Origin: Methanobacteriota archaeon
Lineage (GTDB): Archaea > Thermoplasmatota > Poseidoniia > Poseidoniales > Poseidoniaceae
Length of the DNA stretch: 64,000 nucleotides
Direction of reading: 5' to 3'
Assembly: GCA_002718195.1 (NCBI GenBank)
Contig: PBDU01000018.1
Span: 16,108 to 80,107 of the forward strand
Shown: positions 9,232-19,227 of the stretch, one piece after another
Numbering within the stretch: position 1 is the first letter of the stretch
How the letters are laid out: the number at the start of each line of letters is the position of its first letter
Notes under the pieces: model-generated
Told to the model about the DNA's origin: nothing
The model's database searches: none
What the model saw: only the letters and a program-made list of their open reading frames with translations
Position numbers and translations under genes: made by a program

Positions 9232-12200
9232 ATGGACAGTAAGTTGACATGTGTTTTTCTGGTTTTGGTAATGGCTCTTGCGCCAGTTATCGGATTGGTC
9301 GAAAATACAAACCAGCTAGATGATATATCGATTAACAGGTCAGGTTCTGCAGATGGCTCCGTGGATATTTCATCCTGGAGAATCGGAGACACATGGGTCT
9401 ATGATACACAATTTGACGTAGCACAATTAATCGCACAAGCGGAAGTTTCTGCCTCCCTGAATACATTAACTGGAGATACTGATGTCGAAGTTGTCGACAT
9501 TTATTTCATCGATATAAACGGGACGACAACTCTTGTCTATGAGGTTGAATATGATGGAGACTTTTCTTCAGGAAACAGTGGGGCAACCCTTGAAGGAGTT
9601 AGTGGTAGACTGGATATTTCTTATGATGGGACGGATGTAATTAGAGTAAGGGATAATGCGGTTGTATCCTCTGAATTCTCCCTTGGTGTTGATTTTTATC
9701 CGTTCAACATTGGGTTCTTGAGGCAAGATATTGCAGATTTAACTTTCAACACAACATATGATTCTCCAAAAGAGCATAGAGATTTTCCCATGAGATATGG
9801 TGATCAGTGGTACAAGAACTACGAAGCTGCAACAACTGTTAGCGGAAGTTCAGATTATTTCGACCCATCCCTTTTCGACACAACAGAGCAAGAAAATACA
9901 TCGTGGCAGATAACCAAAGAAGGTGTGCCAACAGAAAACGGAGCCTCGCCTTCTTACTCAGGTTGCGATGATTCTTACAAGCTAATGCAATACAACACTA
10001 CTGGAGTAAATACAGGATTTGAATGGTATTGCCCCGCAGTGAGAAATTACGCTTGGTTGAAGGTTATCAACTCTGCAGGGTTTGAAATTGATTGGCTTCT
10101 CAAGAGATACAGTCCAAGTGATTCTTTCGGCGTAGACGCAGCCTCAGATCCAGGGCAAAGAAATGTAGTAATTGATATTGATTTGCAATACCTTGCAGTT
10201 CTTCCCAACTCAGAAGAATATGTGAATGCAACGTATGAGACTGCTCAAGGGCAAGCACAAACCAACAAAAATTTGCAACTTAGATATGAATCAGCGCAAA
10301 CCATCCTCAGTCCTACAACAAACTCATTTGGAGAAACATCGACTCTGTTGAATGTTTCAGATGAAGTGGACAATTCACCTTCAAGTGATGACCACACCAG
10401 CAATGGAGTGATAGTTTGGGACCCACAGCAGGAGATTATCGGTGTTGCAACAATTTGGATGGACCTTTCATTGGTCGCAGTCGATTTAGTTGCACAAACC
10501 GAATCTGTAATTGTGGAAAGAACAAGAGATAACCAAACGATTACTCTGACACAATCTATTGGATTCAACGCTCTTCCTGGGGATGTTTTGTCTTTCTCTC
10601 TGCCCGCACAAAATAGAGGATTGCTTGCCTCTGTAGCAACAGAAATTGAAGTCTTAACACCCGATGGCGTCACTACACGCCAACTAATATCTTCGATTGG
10701 ACCATATTCTGAGCAGAGAGCATTAGTTGAATGGACGGTTCCTGAAGGATCTGAAATTGGAACCCAAACAGTTCAATTTAGCGTCGACCCAGATGGCTAT
10801 GAAAGCAGAGATGCCAACCTATCAAACAATGTTGGACAGTTTGACATATTCATTGGTAGGGCTCCAACTGGAGTTTTTACTGCCCCTTCCGGATTCTACA
10901 CCTTTGACAATGTGACTTTAGATGCAAGCTCCTCCTTTGATGAGGATGGTGGGGATGTTTCCTGTCTATTCGAGATTGAATCAAGGCCTGGTTTAATCGA
11001 CAGATTTGACGAAGAGGATTGCTTGGCAAGTTGGAATTGGAGTAATGGTGGAGAATGGACTATTACCATCACAGTGACTGATGATGAACTTGACACATAC
11101 GTAATAATGGAAATGATAACTATTCTAAACAGAGCACCTTATGCAAACTTAACCCATCCAGAATCTGTTTTAGTTGAATCACCGATTACAATTGATGCCA
11201 GTGATTCTGGTGACGTAGACACAGTTTCCCCATTGGGACAAGATGTGATCATATCATGGCCGGGATTAACGTGTCAAGAAGGAACTACTCAAGATACATG
11301 CACATTCACTCCAACTGAAGAGGGTGAAACGGTTGTAACAGCGAAGGTTACTGATGACGATGGTGAATCGATTTACGTCAATTCGACTTTCATGGTTCTC
11401 AACAAGGATCCTACAGTCTCAGCAGTCTCGGTTGTTGTAAACGGTATTCCAATCGATGTAACTTCTCAGGTTGTCAACGTCGAAGAAGATCAGGAGGTTA
11501 CCCTGGTTGCTCAGGCTATTGATTCCCTCAATGATTTGGATGATATAGTGGTTGAATGGACTCCTTCTGACCGTGATACAAACTGGACAGTCTCTACAAT
11601 AGGAGCTGATTCATCTGTAGATGTTTCTTGGTCGGAACCAGGTCAACACATAATGTCGGTACGAGCATATGACGACGATGGCTCATCATCAGAATCAACA
11701 ACCGCTGTAGTCAATGTTCTGAATGTTGACCCTGAAATTTCCGGATTAATGGGCGATAGAGCAATTTTCGAAGATGAGATGGTAAATCTATCTGTTAGCG
11801 TAAGTGATACACCTTCAGATGTTGAAGAATTGGTCATCTGCTGGGACTTAAACACAGCATTGGACTCAGATGCTAATGGCTTTTCAGATGATGATTGTGA
11901 CAGGACTGGATTATTTACAGAAGTTGTTTGGACGACCTCTGGAATAAGAAATGTTAGAGCTTGGGTTACCGATGACAACGGAGCATTTGCTGAAATGTTC
12001 ACTAATCTGAGTGTTGTAAATGCAAGACCAACAGCAGATATATCAAACATTACAGATATCACAGTAATCTATGAAGGTGATTCAATCAACTTGACCGCTG
12101 TTGGTTCCTCAGATACGCCTGGTGATAGAGCGAGTCTGATATTTTCATGGGATGCATCTTCAATTCCAGGAGGTCCTGATGCTACAAATGAGGTATTCGA

Positions 12201-13032
12201 AATTACGAACCTTCCTTTGGGTACGGTTTATGTCAACCTAACAGTAATTGATGATGATGGCGAGACCAACACAGATAGCTTCACTTTTGAAGTGATAGAA
12301 AGACCTAGCACAGGTCTAATTTCAACTTTAGAGGACAACCTTGGGTCTAAGGGTGCTGCATACGCAGTTCTCGTATTCGTTCCATTGATTTTCGTATTGG
12401 GAACAGTTCTTCTTCTATCAAGGAGAAAATCAGAAGATGATTTGCCAGTATTGGAATCATTCCTTCCACCCGGAGGAATGCCAACTGGAGCCCCTCCTGC
12501 GCCTCTAAAGGAGACGCCAGCTATTCCTGTGCCAGATTATTCTGCACAGCCTGAAGGCTATGTCCAAGATCAATCAGTTTCGGCATTTGCGCAAACTAAT
12601 TATCAAACCCAGAGTCAGACCGATTTCTACCAACAAGCGCCTGCACTGCAGCCAGAGCCGGTTGCACCAGCAGGACCACCACTTCCTTCAACTGGTCTGC
12701 CTGATGGATGGACGATGGAGCAATGGAATCATTATGGTCAGCAGTGGTTAGATGCAAATCCACAACTGGCAGTACAACCTGCTAATCAACCAGCAGATCC
12801 GTTTGCTGCTCTACAGCCAAATCCTGTTCAGGATGTTGCAGTTAATACGCAACCTGTCGAAACTAATCCTGCTCAGCCTGCAGTTGAAGCAAATCCTTTC
12901 GGAGTATCACAAGCCGCAAATGAATTCGCAAGCCCTCAATCTTCAAACGAATTCGCTATACCTAACCAAAACCAGCAACCAGTAAACCAGGACAATAATT
13001 TTTCAGATTTACTGGACGGGTTAGACATTTGA
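9232..13032 (+). CDS. Large secreted, membrane-anchored protein with CARDB-like and multiple PKD/Ig-like domains
   Basis: N-terminal signal peptide; VDPDG...SNN CARDB end; repeated VTDD(D/N)G PKD strands; C-terminal TM followed by RRK and a Pro/Gln-rich tail. Confidence 0.85.
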   Translation: MDSKLTCVFLVLVMALAPVIGLVENTNQLDDISINRSGSADGSVDISSWRIGDTWVYDTQFDVAQLIAQAEVSASLNTLTGDTDVEVVDIYFIDINGTTTLVYEVEYDGDFSSGNSGATLEGVSGRLDISYDGTDVIRVRDNAVVSSEFSLGVDFYPFNIGFLRQDIADLTFNTTYDSPKEHRDFPMRYGDQWYKNYEAATTVSGSSDYFDPSLFDTTEQENTSWQITKEGVPTENGASPSYSGCDDSYKLMQYNTTGVNTGFEWYCPAVRNYAWLKVINSAGFEIDWLLKRYSPSDSFGVDAASDPGQRNVVIDIDLQYLAVLPNSEEYVNATYETAQGQAQTNKNLQLRYESAQTILSPTTNSFGETSTLLNVSDEVDNSPSSDDHTSNGVIVWDPQQEIIGVATIWMDLSLVAVDLVAQTESVIVERTRDNQTITLTQSIGFNALPGDVLSFSLPAQNRGLLASVATEIEVLTPDGVTTRQLISSIGPYSEQRALVEWTVPEGSEIGTQTVQFSVDPDGYESRDANLSNNVGQFDIFIGRAPTGVFTAPSGFYTFDNVTLDASSSFDEDGGDVSCLFEIESRPGLIDRFDEEDCLASWNWSNGGEWTITITVTDDELDTYVIMEMITILNRAPYANLTHPESVLVESPITIDASDSGDVDTVSPLGQDVIISWPGLTCQEGTTQDTCTFTPTEEGETVVTAKVTDDDGESIYVNSTFMVLNKDPTVSAVSVVVNGIPIDVTSQVVNVEEDQEVTLVAQAIDSLNDLDDIVVEWTPSDRDTNWTVSTIGADSSVDVSWSEPGQHIMSVRAYDDDGSSSESTTAVVNVLNVDPEISGLMGDRAIFEDEMVNLSVSVSDTPSDVEELVICWDLNTALDSDANGFSDDDCDRTGLFTEVVWTTSGIRNVRAWVTDDNGAFAEMFTNLSVVNARPTADISNITDITVIYEGDSINLTAVGSSDTPGDRASLIFSWDASSIPGGPDATNEVFEITNLPLGTVYVNLTVIDDDGETNTDSFTFEVIERPSTGLISTLEDNLGSKGAAYAVLVFVPLIFVLGTVLLLSRRKSEDDLPVLESFLPPGGMPTGAPPAPLKETPAIPVPDYSAQPEGYVQDQSVSAFAQTNYQTQSQTDFYQQAPALQPEPVAPAGPPLPSTGLPDGWTMEQWNHYGQQWLDANPQLAVQPANQPADPFAALQPNPVQDVAVNTQPVETNPAQPAVEANPFGVSQAANEFASPQSSNEFAIPNQNQQPVNQDNNFSDLLDGLDI

Positions 13033-13033
13033 G

Positions 13034-13579
13034 GTGATTAGTCTGGGAGGACTTTGGGAATTTTTTGGGCTACCTGACCCGGACCCGAAAAGAGAACCAG
13101 TTGCAACCACTAGTAATGACTCACAATCTAGCGATGTCTTGAGCAATGGTTCAGGGGATTCTGATGCTCCAATTGATACAGTTGAGGGTTCCAGCAAGAA
13201 GAATATTCCAGAGAACTGGATAGGTCCAAGATTGCCAAATGGTGAAGCATTTCATGATCTCGAATCTCTAAATTTTAGGAAAAACCAAATTCCAACGAGG
13301 GCATTAAGAATGGTTACACCAAATGAAAAACACAGAATCGATTTAGAGGGTATTGCTCAAAGGTCCATACAAGGCGATATCTCAATAGTAAATTTGGGTG
13401 AACTGACTCACATGCAGAGCCAACAGAATTTTTTGCGTAGAGAATTGCGGATGCTCTCTGAAAATACCGGATTACACATTTATTCTTTAGATAAAGACGA
13501 GAAATTGATGTTAGTCCCTGGAATTGATGTGGTTGTAGATATCACAAGACACGAGTTGGGTATGAACGGCTTGCTGTGA
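13034..13579 (+). CDS. Hypothetical protein with a SepF-like C-terminal domain
   Basis: GDISIVNL...LRRELRML...IYSL...LMLVPG pattern resembles archaeal SepF/DUF552; short N-terminal amphipathic segment plus disordered linker. Confidence 0.5.
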   Translation: MISLGGLWEFFGLPDPDPKREPVATTSNDSQSSDVLSNGSGDSDAPIDTVEGSSKKNIPENWIGPRLPNGEAFHDLESLNFRKNQIPTRALRMVTPNEKHRIDLEGIAQRSIQGDISIVNLGELTHMQSQQNFLRRELRMLSENTGLHIYSLDKDEKLMLVPGIDVVVDITRHELGMNGLL

Positions 13580-13633
13580 AAATGTAGGTAGTGTCTTAGA
13601 AATTTTTTTGTACAGAAGTGATTTGTATTCACT

Positions 13634-14932
13634 ATGGAAAATGACTCAAAAGTAGACCTTCGGGAGTTCGAAGGCTCTTACCTTGAGTTATTCCTTGCTT
13701 CCGGGATAGTATTTCTGCTGTTCGTATTCGCAGTACTATGGCAGGCAACGAATTACTTTGAGTACTGGGAAACCAACGATTTCGCTAAGCCTCTGTTTCT
13801 ATTTTTTGTGATGTCTACCTATGGTTGGCTATTGCTAAATGCACTTGGATGCGCTTACACTCTTTTACCAATTATTCACCAAACCCAGTTTTTTAGAAAG
13901 AAGGATTTGAGGGTCCAAATGTCATTTTGTATGGCTGGTCATGTTTTCATTACATTCGCTTTACTGCAAAGAAATATCGATTATGTCACCGTTGCCGGTT
14001 TAATTGGATTGATTCTAAATGCAATTGGATTGGCTAGTTTATCAATACCGACTTTCAGAGTTTCAAGAAGAAAATTGAAGAATTTTGATCAGTTAGGCAA
14101 GGTAGCATATTCTCTTGGAATAATAATGCCTATATTTGGAATCATACCAATAATTTGCTGGATTTTAGTCTATGGCAAAACTTCTCTGGAAGTTTCTATG
14201 TATATCATATCAACGTTTATGATAGGTTTAGTGAACCTTACTTTTTTGGTATCTCACTTTGAACGCAGGTTAGGATGGGATTTGATAAGAGATGGCAACA
14301 CAATTAGAGTTTTCAAAATATATTTGTTATTTACCATAATTGGTATTACAGGAACTATTTTTTCAACCTTTTTTGAGGCTATTCCGGAGTATCTTGTTAG
14401 GTTGTCTCAGGCTTTGCCATTCTTTTGGATGTTTTATGCATTCAATCCGTCAAAAGTGTTGTCAAACATTAGAAAGAAATACCCAGTTTCTAAACCAATT
14501 TTAGTTGGTTATTTCATACTATTTTTCAACGGACTGGTATTTCTTATACCCCAGCAAAATGTAACCGATTTTTCGATAACATTCCAACCTTGGATATTCC
14601 TAATTAGCAGTGCTCTACTGATCAACATCGGGTATGGTTCATACATGAATGATGACCACCTACACCTCTCCCTTCAATCAAGGAGCAACCATAGATTATT
14701 CATTTACAGTGTAGTTGCCTCAAAGACATTACTGTTCTACTTATTATTCACATATAACTTTGAGACTTCAATTAATTTCTTCTTGACAATAATCTGGATT
14801 ATTTCTTTGGTGATTGTAATCTTTGTCACTTCACAAATGCTTTACAAAAATCTCGGAGTGGGTTCTGAAGGAAGGAAATGGAGCAGTACGCCGATGTTTT
14901 ACACTAAATATCAAATTAAGCGTGAAGAATGA
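13634..14932 (+). CDS. Polytopic membrane protein (about 12 TM)
   Basis: 432 aa, highly hydrophobic; GW..G..Y..LP motif. Confidence 0.7.
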   Translation: MENDSKVDLREFEGSYLELFLASGIVFLLFVFAVLWQATNYFEYWETNDFAKPLFLFFVMSTYGWLLLNALGCAYTLLPIIHQTQFFRKKDLRVQMSFCMAGHVFITFALLQRNIDYVTVAGLIGLILNAIGLASLSIPTFRVSRRKLKNFDQLGKVAYSLGIIMPIFGIIPIICWILVYGKTSLEVSMYIISTFMIGLVNLTFLVSHFERRLGWDLIRDGNTIRVFKIYLLFTIIGITGTIFSTFFEAIPEYLVRLSQALPFFWMFYAFNPSKVLSNIRKKYPVSKPILVGYFILFFNGLVFLIPQQNVTDFSITFQPWIFLISSALLINIGYGSYMNDDHLHLSLQSRSNHRLFIYSVVASKTLLFYLLFTYNFETSINFFLTIIWIISLVIVIFVTSQMLYKNLGVGSEGRKWSSTPMFYTKYQIKREE

Positions 14933-15486
14933 AGCTTGCTATCTTGTATCACCTTAGGAGTTAATCCAAGAACTGTTGCTTCTTCTCCTTTAATCAGATT
15001 TGCAAATTTCTTCATCTCTCCTGCTAAGTCATATCCGCCTGCTTTTCCTAACCAAGATTTTGAGATTAGCAATTCTTCTAATTCTTGGTTTGAATAATTA
15101 GATATCAGAACCTCTGCAGTACTTTGACTAAACTCCCAATTGCCGTCGATAAACAATCCCGAAGACGTAACCACAGTGTGTTTTCTGCCTCTTAGATGTT
15201 CTAGAATCATCCTTGCATGGTGTATACTATCCGGCTTTCCGATAGCTTTGGTTTCATCATCTGGATCGACAATCATGGTGTCGGATACAATGATAAACTC
15301 GTAATCTTTAGATTTTGCAGCTTCAGCTTTACGCCTGCAAATTTCGTCTATTGCTTTCAAAATAGGCATTCCTTTTGGTATGCTTTCATCAGCATCTACC
15401 CCTTTGGAAAAAATAGTTGGAATAATCGGTTCAAGCATCTCCTTTCTTCTGGATGAATTAGACGCTAACCATGCTCTCATCAACAC
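14911..15486 (-). CDS. maf: Maf family nucleoside triphosphate pyrophosphatase
   Basis: LASNSSRRKEML, KA, SDT, GKP, GKAGGY motifs. Confidence 0.88.
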   Translation of the reverse strand: MLMRAWLASNSSRRKEMLEPIIPTIFSKGVDADESIPKGMPILKAIDEICRRKAEAAKSKDYEFIIVSDTMIVDPDDETKAIGKPDSIHHARMILEHLRGRKHTVVTSSGLFIDGNWEFSQSTAEVLISNYSNQELEELLISKSWLGKAGGYDLAGEMKKFANLIKGEEATVLGLTPKVIQDSKLHSSRLI

Positions 15487-15586
15487 ATGGCAAGCGTGAG
15501 TGGTGAATATATGTTAAGAGTAAATTCAAAATATTTGTGCGTAGGTTTCAAGTCATCTAGATTTCTAGCACATCCGGGGCAAGACT

Positions 15587-16306
15587 ATGTCTGATGTCAA
15601 TAGAATTCCTACGCACATTGAAGGATTAGATGAAAATATGCAGGGCGGCATACCTAAGAAGCACATTTGCATTGTAGCAGGAGCTTCTGGAGCAATGAAA
15701 TCTTCTCTAACTTTTTCGCTATTGTACAATTCTGTTTTGTACGGGGACACTAGTGGAATTTACGTGACCTTAGAACAGGGTAAGGAATCTTTGAAATCAC
15801 ACATGTCAAACATGGGAATGAACGTAGAGGATGCGAGAGTAAGGAATCGTATTGCGATTATTGACTTAGCCGATTTGAGAGTACAGTTAGACGAACAAGG
15901 AATGTCTGATCGAGTCGACTGGATGGGACAATTGATTAAACAACTCACATCATACAGAAATTCGATTGGTTTTGAGGTACTGGTTTTCGATTCTCTTGGT
16001 GCCTTCTTTACATTAACAAAAATGGAAAATCCTAGAGATGAAATTTTCAGGCTCTTCGAAGCGGTAAGAAGACTAAACCTCACTGCATTCTTCATCTGTG
16101 AGATGACTGGTGACGACCACAAACAGTTCGGTGAATACGGAGTAGAAGATTATCTGAGCGATGGTGTTCTTCATTTGGTAATGGAAAGAGAAGGAGACGA
16201 TGTCAAGAGGAAGTTGGGTGTTGTAAAGATGAGACACACTAACCACATGCTTGGATACAAGCCATTTTGGTGGAAGGAAGATGAGCAAAGGTTCTCTGTC
16301 CTTTGA
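15587..16306 (+). CDS. Single-domain KaiC/RAD55-like RecA-superfamily ATPase
   Basis: IPTHIEGLD..GGIP, Walker A GASGAMKSS, YVTLEQ, VFDS, DGVLHL, KMR. Confidence 0.85.
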   Translation: MSDVNRIPTHIEGLDENMQGGIPKKHICIVAGASGAMKSSLTFSLLYNSVLYGDTSGIYVTLEQGKESLKSHMSNMGMNVEDARVRNRIAIIDLADLRVQLDEQGMSDRVDWMGQLIKQLTSYRNSIGFEVLVFDSLGAFFTLTKMENPRDEIFRLFEAVRRLNLTAFFICEMTGDDHKQFGEYGVEDYLSDGVLHLVMEREGDDVKRKLGVVKMRHTNHMLGYKPFWWKEDEQRFSVL

Positions 16307-16307
16307 T

Positions 16308-16955
16308 TCAGTACAGATTCCCTAAAATTATCCTAGGATCAGGATATTTTTCAATAGCCTCATCTCTGTCCCCAATATTTACCACTCCGGGCATGTTTGC
16401 CACTATTGGTTTTTCGAACGTGATTTGGATATGCACATGCGGTTCCCAATTACCGTTTTCGTGTCTATCTCCCATCCAACAATATGTTTCCCCTGCTAAA
16501 ATGTCCTTTCCAACATGAATATTTTCTATACTATTCGAGGATAAATGTCCACACAGAACCCATACTGTTTTCTCTTTTCCTGCCCACTCGTGTTCGGCAT
16601 CATCCGGAAATTTGACATTATGTTGAGTGATTATAAGGTTGCCATAGCCACCTTCTTCCTCCTCGTAAGCGAATGAATGAATCTTGCCGTCAGCAAATGC
16701 TCTAATCGGAGTTCCAACCGGTGCACCGATATCTATGCCCACATGATGATTCCTCTCTCCTTTGAATAGTTCAGTTTCATACATCCCAGGTCTAGTTTCA
16801 TCATATCTTCCAATTTGGAAATCATAAGGGCAATCCCATTCTGAAAATCTCCTTGTGAAATCATAAACCCAGTACTCATTTGGCAGCTCAACCATGTCGA
16901 AGAATGGTGAGTGCATGATGTGCCCATTGTTATACAACATTTGAACTATGCTCAT
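16308..16955 (-). CDS. M23 family metallopeptidase
   Basis: HVGIDIG (HxxxD), GGYGN, GHLS, NGNWEPHVHIQ (HxH); true start may be the Met near 16919. Confidence 0.85.
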   Translation of the reverse strand: MSIVQMLYNNGHIMHSPFFDMVELPNEYWVYDFTRRFSEWDCPYDFQIGRYDETRPGMYETELFKGERNHHVGIDIGAPVGTPIRAFADGKIHSFAYEEEEGGYGNLIITQHNVKFPDDAEHEWAGKEKTVWVLCGHLSSNSIENIHVGKDILAGETYCWMGDRHENGNWEPHVHIQITFEKPIVANMPGVVNIGDRDEAIEKYPDPRIILGNLY

Positions 16956-19199
16956 GTTGATTTACCTACTTCCTTTGGTAAGTATGTGTGGTTAGCCCTA
17001 TTGACATTGATTTTGTCAACGGTCTTGCCTGGTTTTGTCATTTCATCTTACATGCTAAAATCTGCAAATTCTTCAATAAAAATCGCATCTTCGCCGTTGT
17101 TTGGGCTTCTTTTCTTGTTTGTGTTAACGGGTGTTGTTCAGATTCTAGGATTTTTCTCACCAACATTTCTCGTTGTTTTGATATTAGTAATGAATATGAT
17201 TTGTGTACTGTTATTAACGAAATTAGAGCAAGATATTAGATCATTATTTGGAGAAGTTTACTCGAGTCATTTTTCTGAAAGACCAAACAGAATTTATTCT
17301 TACCTCTTCTTAATGTTATCATTTCTTCTGTTGAGTCCTGTCTTTGTGCTCGATATCCCATATGGCGTTGATTGGATTGGATTTTCCAACGTTTTAGTTG
17401 CTCTGAACCAATCTGGTACAATGGGCTTCACGGAACCTAATTCAGGTGTCTGGATTTACCCTCCAGCCTTTATTTCAGCCGCAGGTGTGTTTTCAGTTAT
17501 CCCTAACGTACATGAATTCCAAGCACTAATGATTCTAGGATTCTATTCTCTTTTTGCCATAGTGCTTGGGGTATTCGCAGTTGGGGAGAAATACAATGCT
17601 GGGATTTTTTGTGGTTTGGTGATGTTCCTCGGAGTTGGATTGTTTGCAAAATCCTTTGATTCAGGATGGCCGACAATCGCAAGCCAAATACCTGTGTTAG
17701 TTGGTTTATTGATCCTGCAGGAATCAGATTTCACTATAGGAATTGGTAACAGAGTTACACTTTTGTTGACAATTTTAGGGGCATTAATTATTCATCCTAC
17801 AGGTGCAATTTCTTTGTTGATACTAATTTTCGTGGTCCTATTTTTTCAAACAAATAAGGTCAGGAAAAGAGAGCATAGAGTGGCATTCATTGTTATTATT
17901 TTTCTAATTATTTTTGTCTCAAGTCTGCTCGCCTCCAATTTAAGCAATCTTGAACAATTTTCTGAATATGGTTGGCAAGGGGGCACTGTTTTGATAAAAT
18001 ACAATGCGCCCCTTTGTTTCATAGCATTTTATTTCATGGTCAAACATCGAGAAGATTCAGCCTTGAATATTTTGAGTAAGTGGTTAATTATCACCTGGAT
18101 TTTTTCCTTCCTACACTTACTTCCGATTTTAGAAGAATTGCCCGTATTCAAACTTCTTGGATATTTATGCTATTCAATGGGATTACACATGTTCCATATT
18201 CCATTTTCACTGATATCTGGAATTGGATTAATGCTGGGTTTGCAGTCGATTAAAGAAAAAGAAGGTTCGGAAAATGATTTCAATCATTTTAACTCTAAAC
18301 AAGCCATATCTCTTCTTTTAGTGTGTTGCTTATTGGTACCAATTGGGATGCTTGCACTCATTCAAACAGAGGAAAATAAGCACAATTTTGCAACTACTTC
18401 CTCGACATTAGCACTGATAGATCAGGTCAATTCTATGGAGATTGATTCTGTGGTTTATACCGAAAATAGTCATTGGGGATATTTGCAAATAGAAGATTTA
18501 AATTTCCAAACAACATCATTACCTAGGTTAGGATTAATGGTTGAGAACAATTATGTTCAATCTGAGGCTACCCGAGCTATTTTGTCAAATGATTTCCAAA
18601 CTCTGGGAGAACTTGGAATTGAATATGCGATTACTTCCCCAATGGGTTCATTGCATTACTCTTTGATTGAATCAGGTAGTTGGAAAATTGTGTTAGATAT
18701 AGATGGTTCTCGGCTATGGAAACTTGATGCAAATACTAGCAGTATTAACATTCAGGCTTTTGCTTTGGGTGAATTGGATTGTGGTGAGAAAGATTGCACT
18801 AAGGTCAAGGATCTCTGGAGAGATTACAGGTATAATGACCAGTTGCTATTGGGTGATGATAGAGTGAAACTTTCCAAAGAAGCGACAATGAGCATCCCTG
18901 TGAATATAGTTAACCAGAGCGTTGAAGCCTGTTTATTGTACGAGGTAAGAGGAAATGTTGATGAGTTTAGTTTGAAGTTTTCAAGTAATAACATTTCCAT
19001 AGATGCTAATTTCAACACCTCGCCTGGCTGGCATTTAGATTGCGCAAATAATATTTCATCTGGTTCAATTGAATTACAATTCGATGTTCAAATATCAAAC
19101 GGTATTAGATTTGTCAATCCCTCGGGTTTCAGTGGTCGTGGAGATTACTTATTGGAAAAACCAGGAATTGTTTTGCATCATTTTGAGTTTCACTTCTAA
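16911..19199 (+). CDS. Large polytopic membrane protein, possible GT-C-fold glycosyltransferase
   Basis: Many TM helices, loop with DIPYGVDW and YPP, soluble C-terminal domain; adjacent to a GT2 gene; start codon uncertain. Confidence 0.55.
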   Translation: MHDVPIVIQHLNYAHVDLPTSFGKYVWLALLTLILSTVLPGFVISSYMLKSANSSIKIASSPLFGLLFLFVLTGVVQILGFFSPTFLVVLILVMNMICVLLLTKLEQDIRSLFGEVYSSHFSERPNRIYSYLFLMLSFLLLSPVFVLDIPYGVDWIGFSNVLVALNQSGTMGFTEPNSGVWIYPPAFISAAGVFSVIPNVHEFQALMILGFYSLFAIVLGVFAVGEKYNAGIFCGLVMFLGVGLFAKSFDSGWPTIASQIPVLVGLLILQESDFTIGIGNRVTLLLTILGALIIHPTGAISLLILIFVVLFFQTNKVRKREHRVAFIVIIFLIIFVSSLLASNLSNLEQFSEYGWQGGTVLIKYNAPLCFIAFYFMVKHREDSALNILSKWLIITWIFSFLHLLPILEELPVFKLLGYLCYSMGLHMFHIPFSLISGIGLMLGLQSIKEKEGSENDFNHFNSKQAISLLLVCCLLVPIGMLALIQTEENKHNFATTSSTLALIDQVNSMEIDSVVYTENSHWGYLQIEDLNFQTTSLPRLGLMVENNYVQSEATRAILSNDFQTLGELGIEYAITSPMGSLHYSLIESGSWKIVLDIDGSRLWKLDANTSSINIQAFALGELDCGEKDCTKVKDLWRDYRYNDQLLLGDDRVKLSKEATMSIPVNIVNQSVEACLLYEVRGNVDEFSLKFSSNNISIDANFNTSPGWHLDCANNISSGSIELQFDVQISNGIRFVNPSGFSGRGDYLLEKPGIVLHHFEFHF

Positions 19200-19227
19200 C
19201 ATTAGTGAAAAATACTAATTGTAAGAA

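Noticed and set aside
13634-14932. Heme-copper oxidase subunit I
   Set aside because: Only a weak GW..G..Y..LP resemblance; the conserved His ligands are not evident
15587-16306. Circadian clock KaiC
   Set aside because: Single domain with no kaiA or kaiB nearby; such ATPases are widespread in archaea
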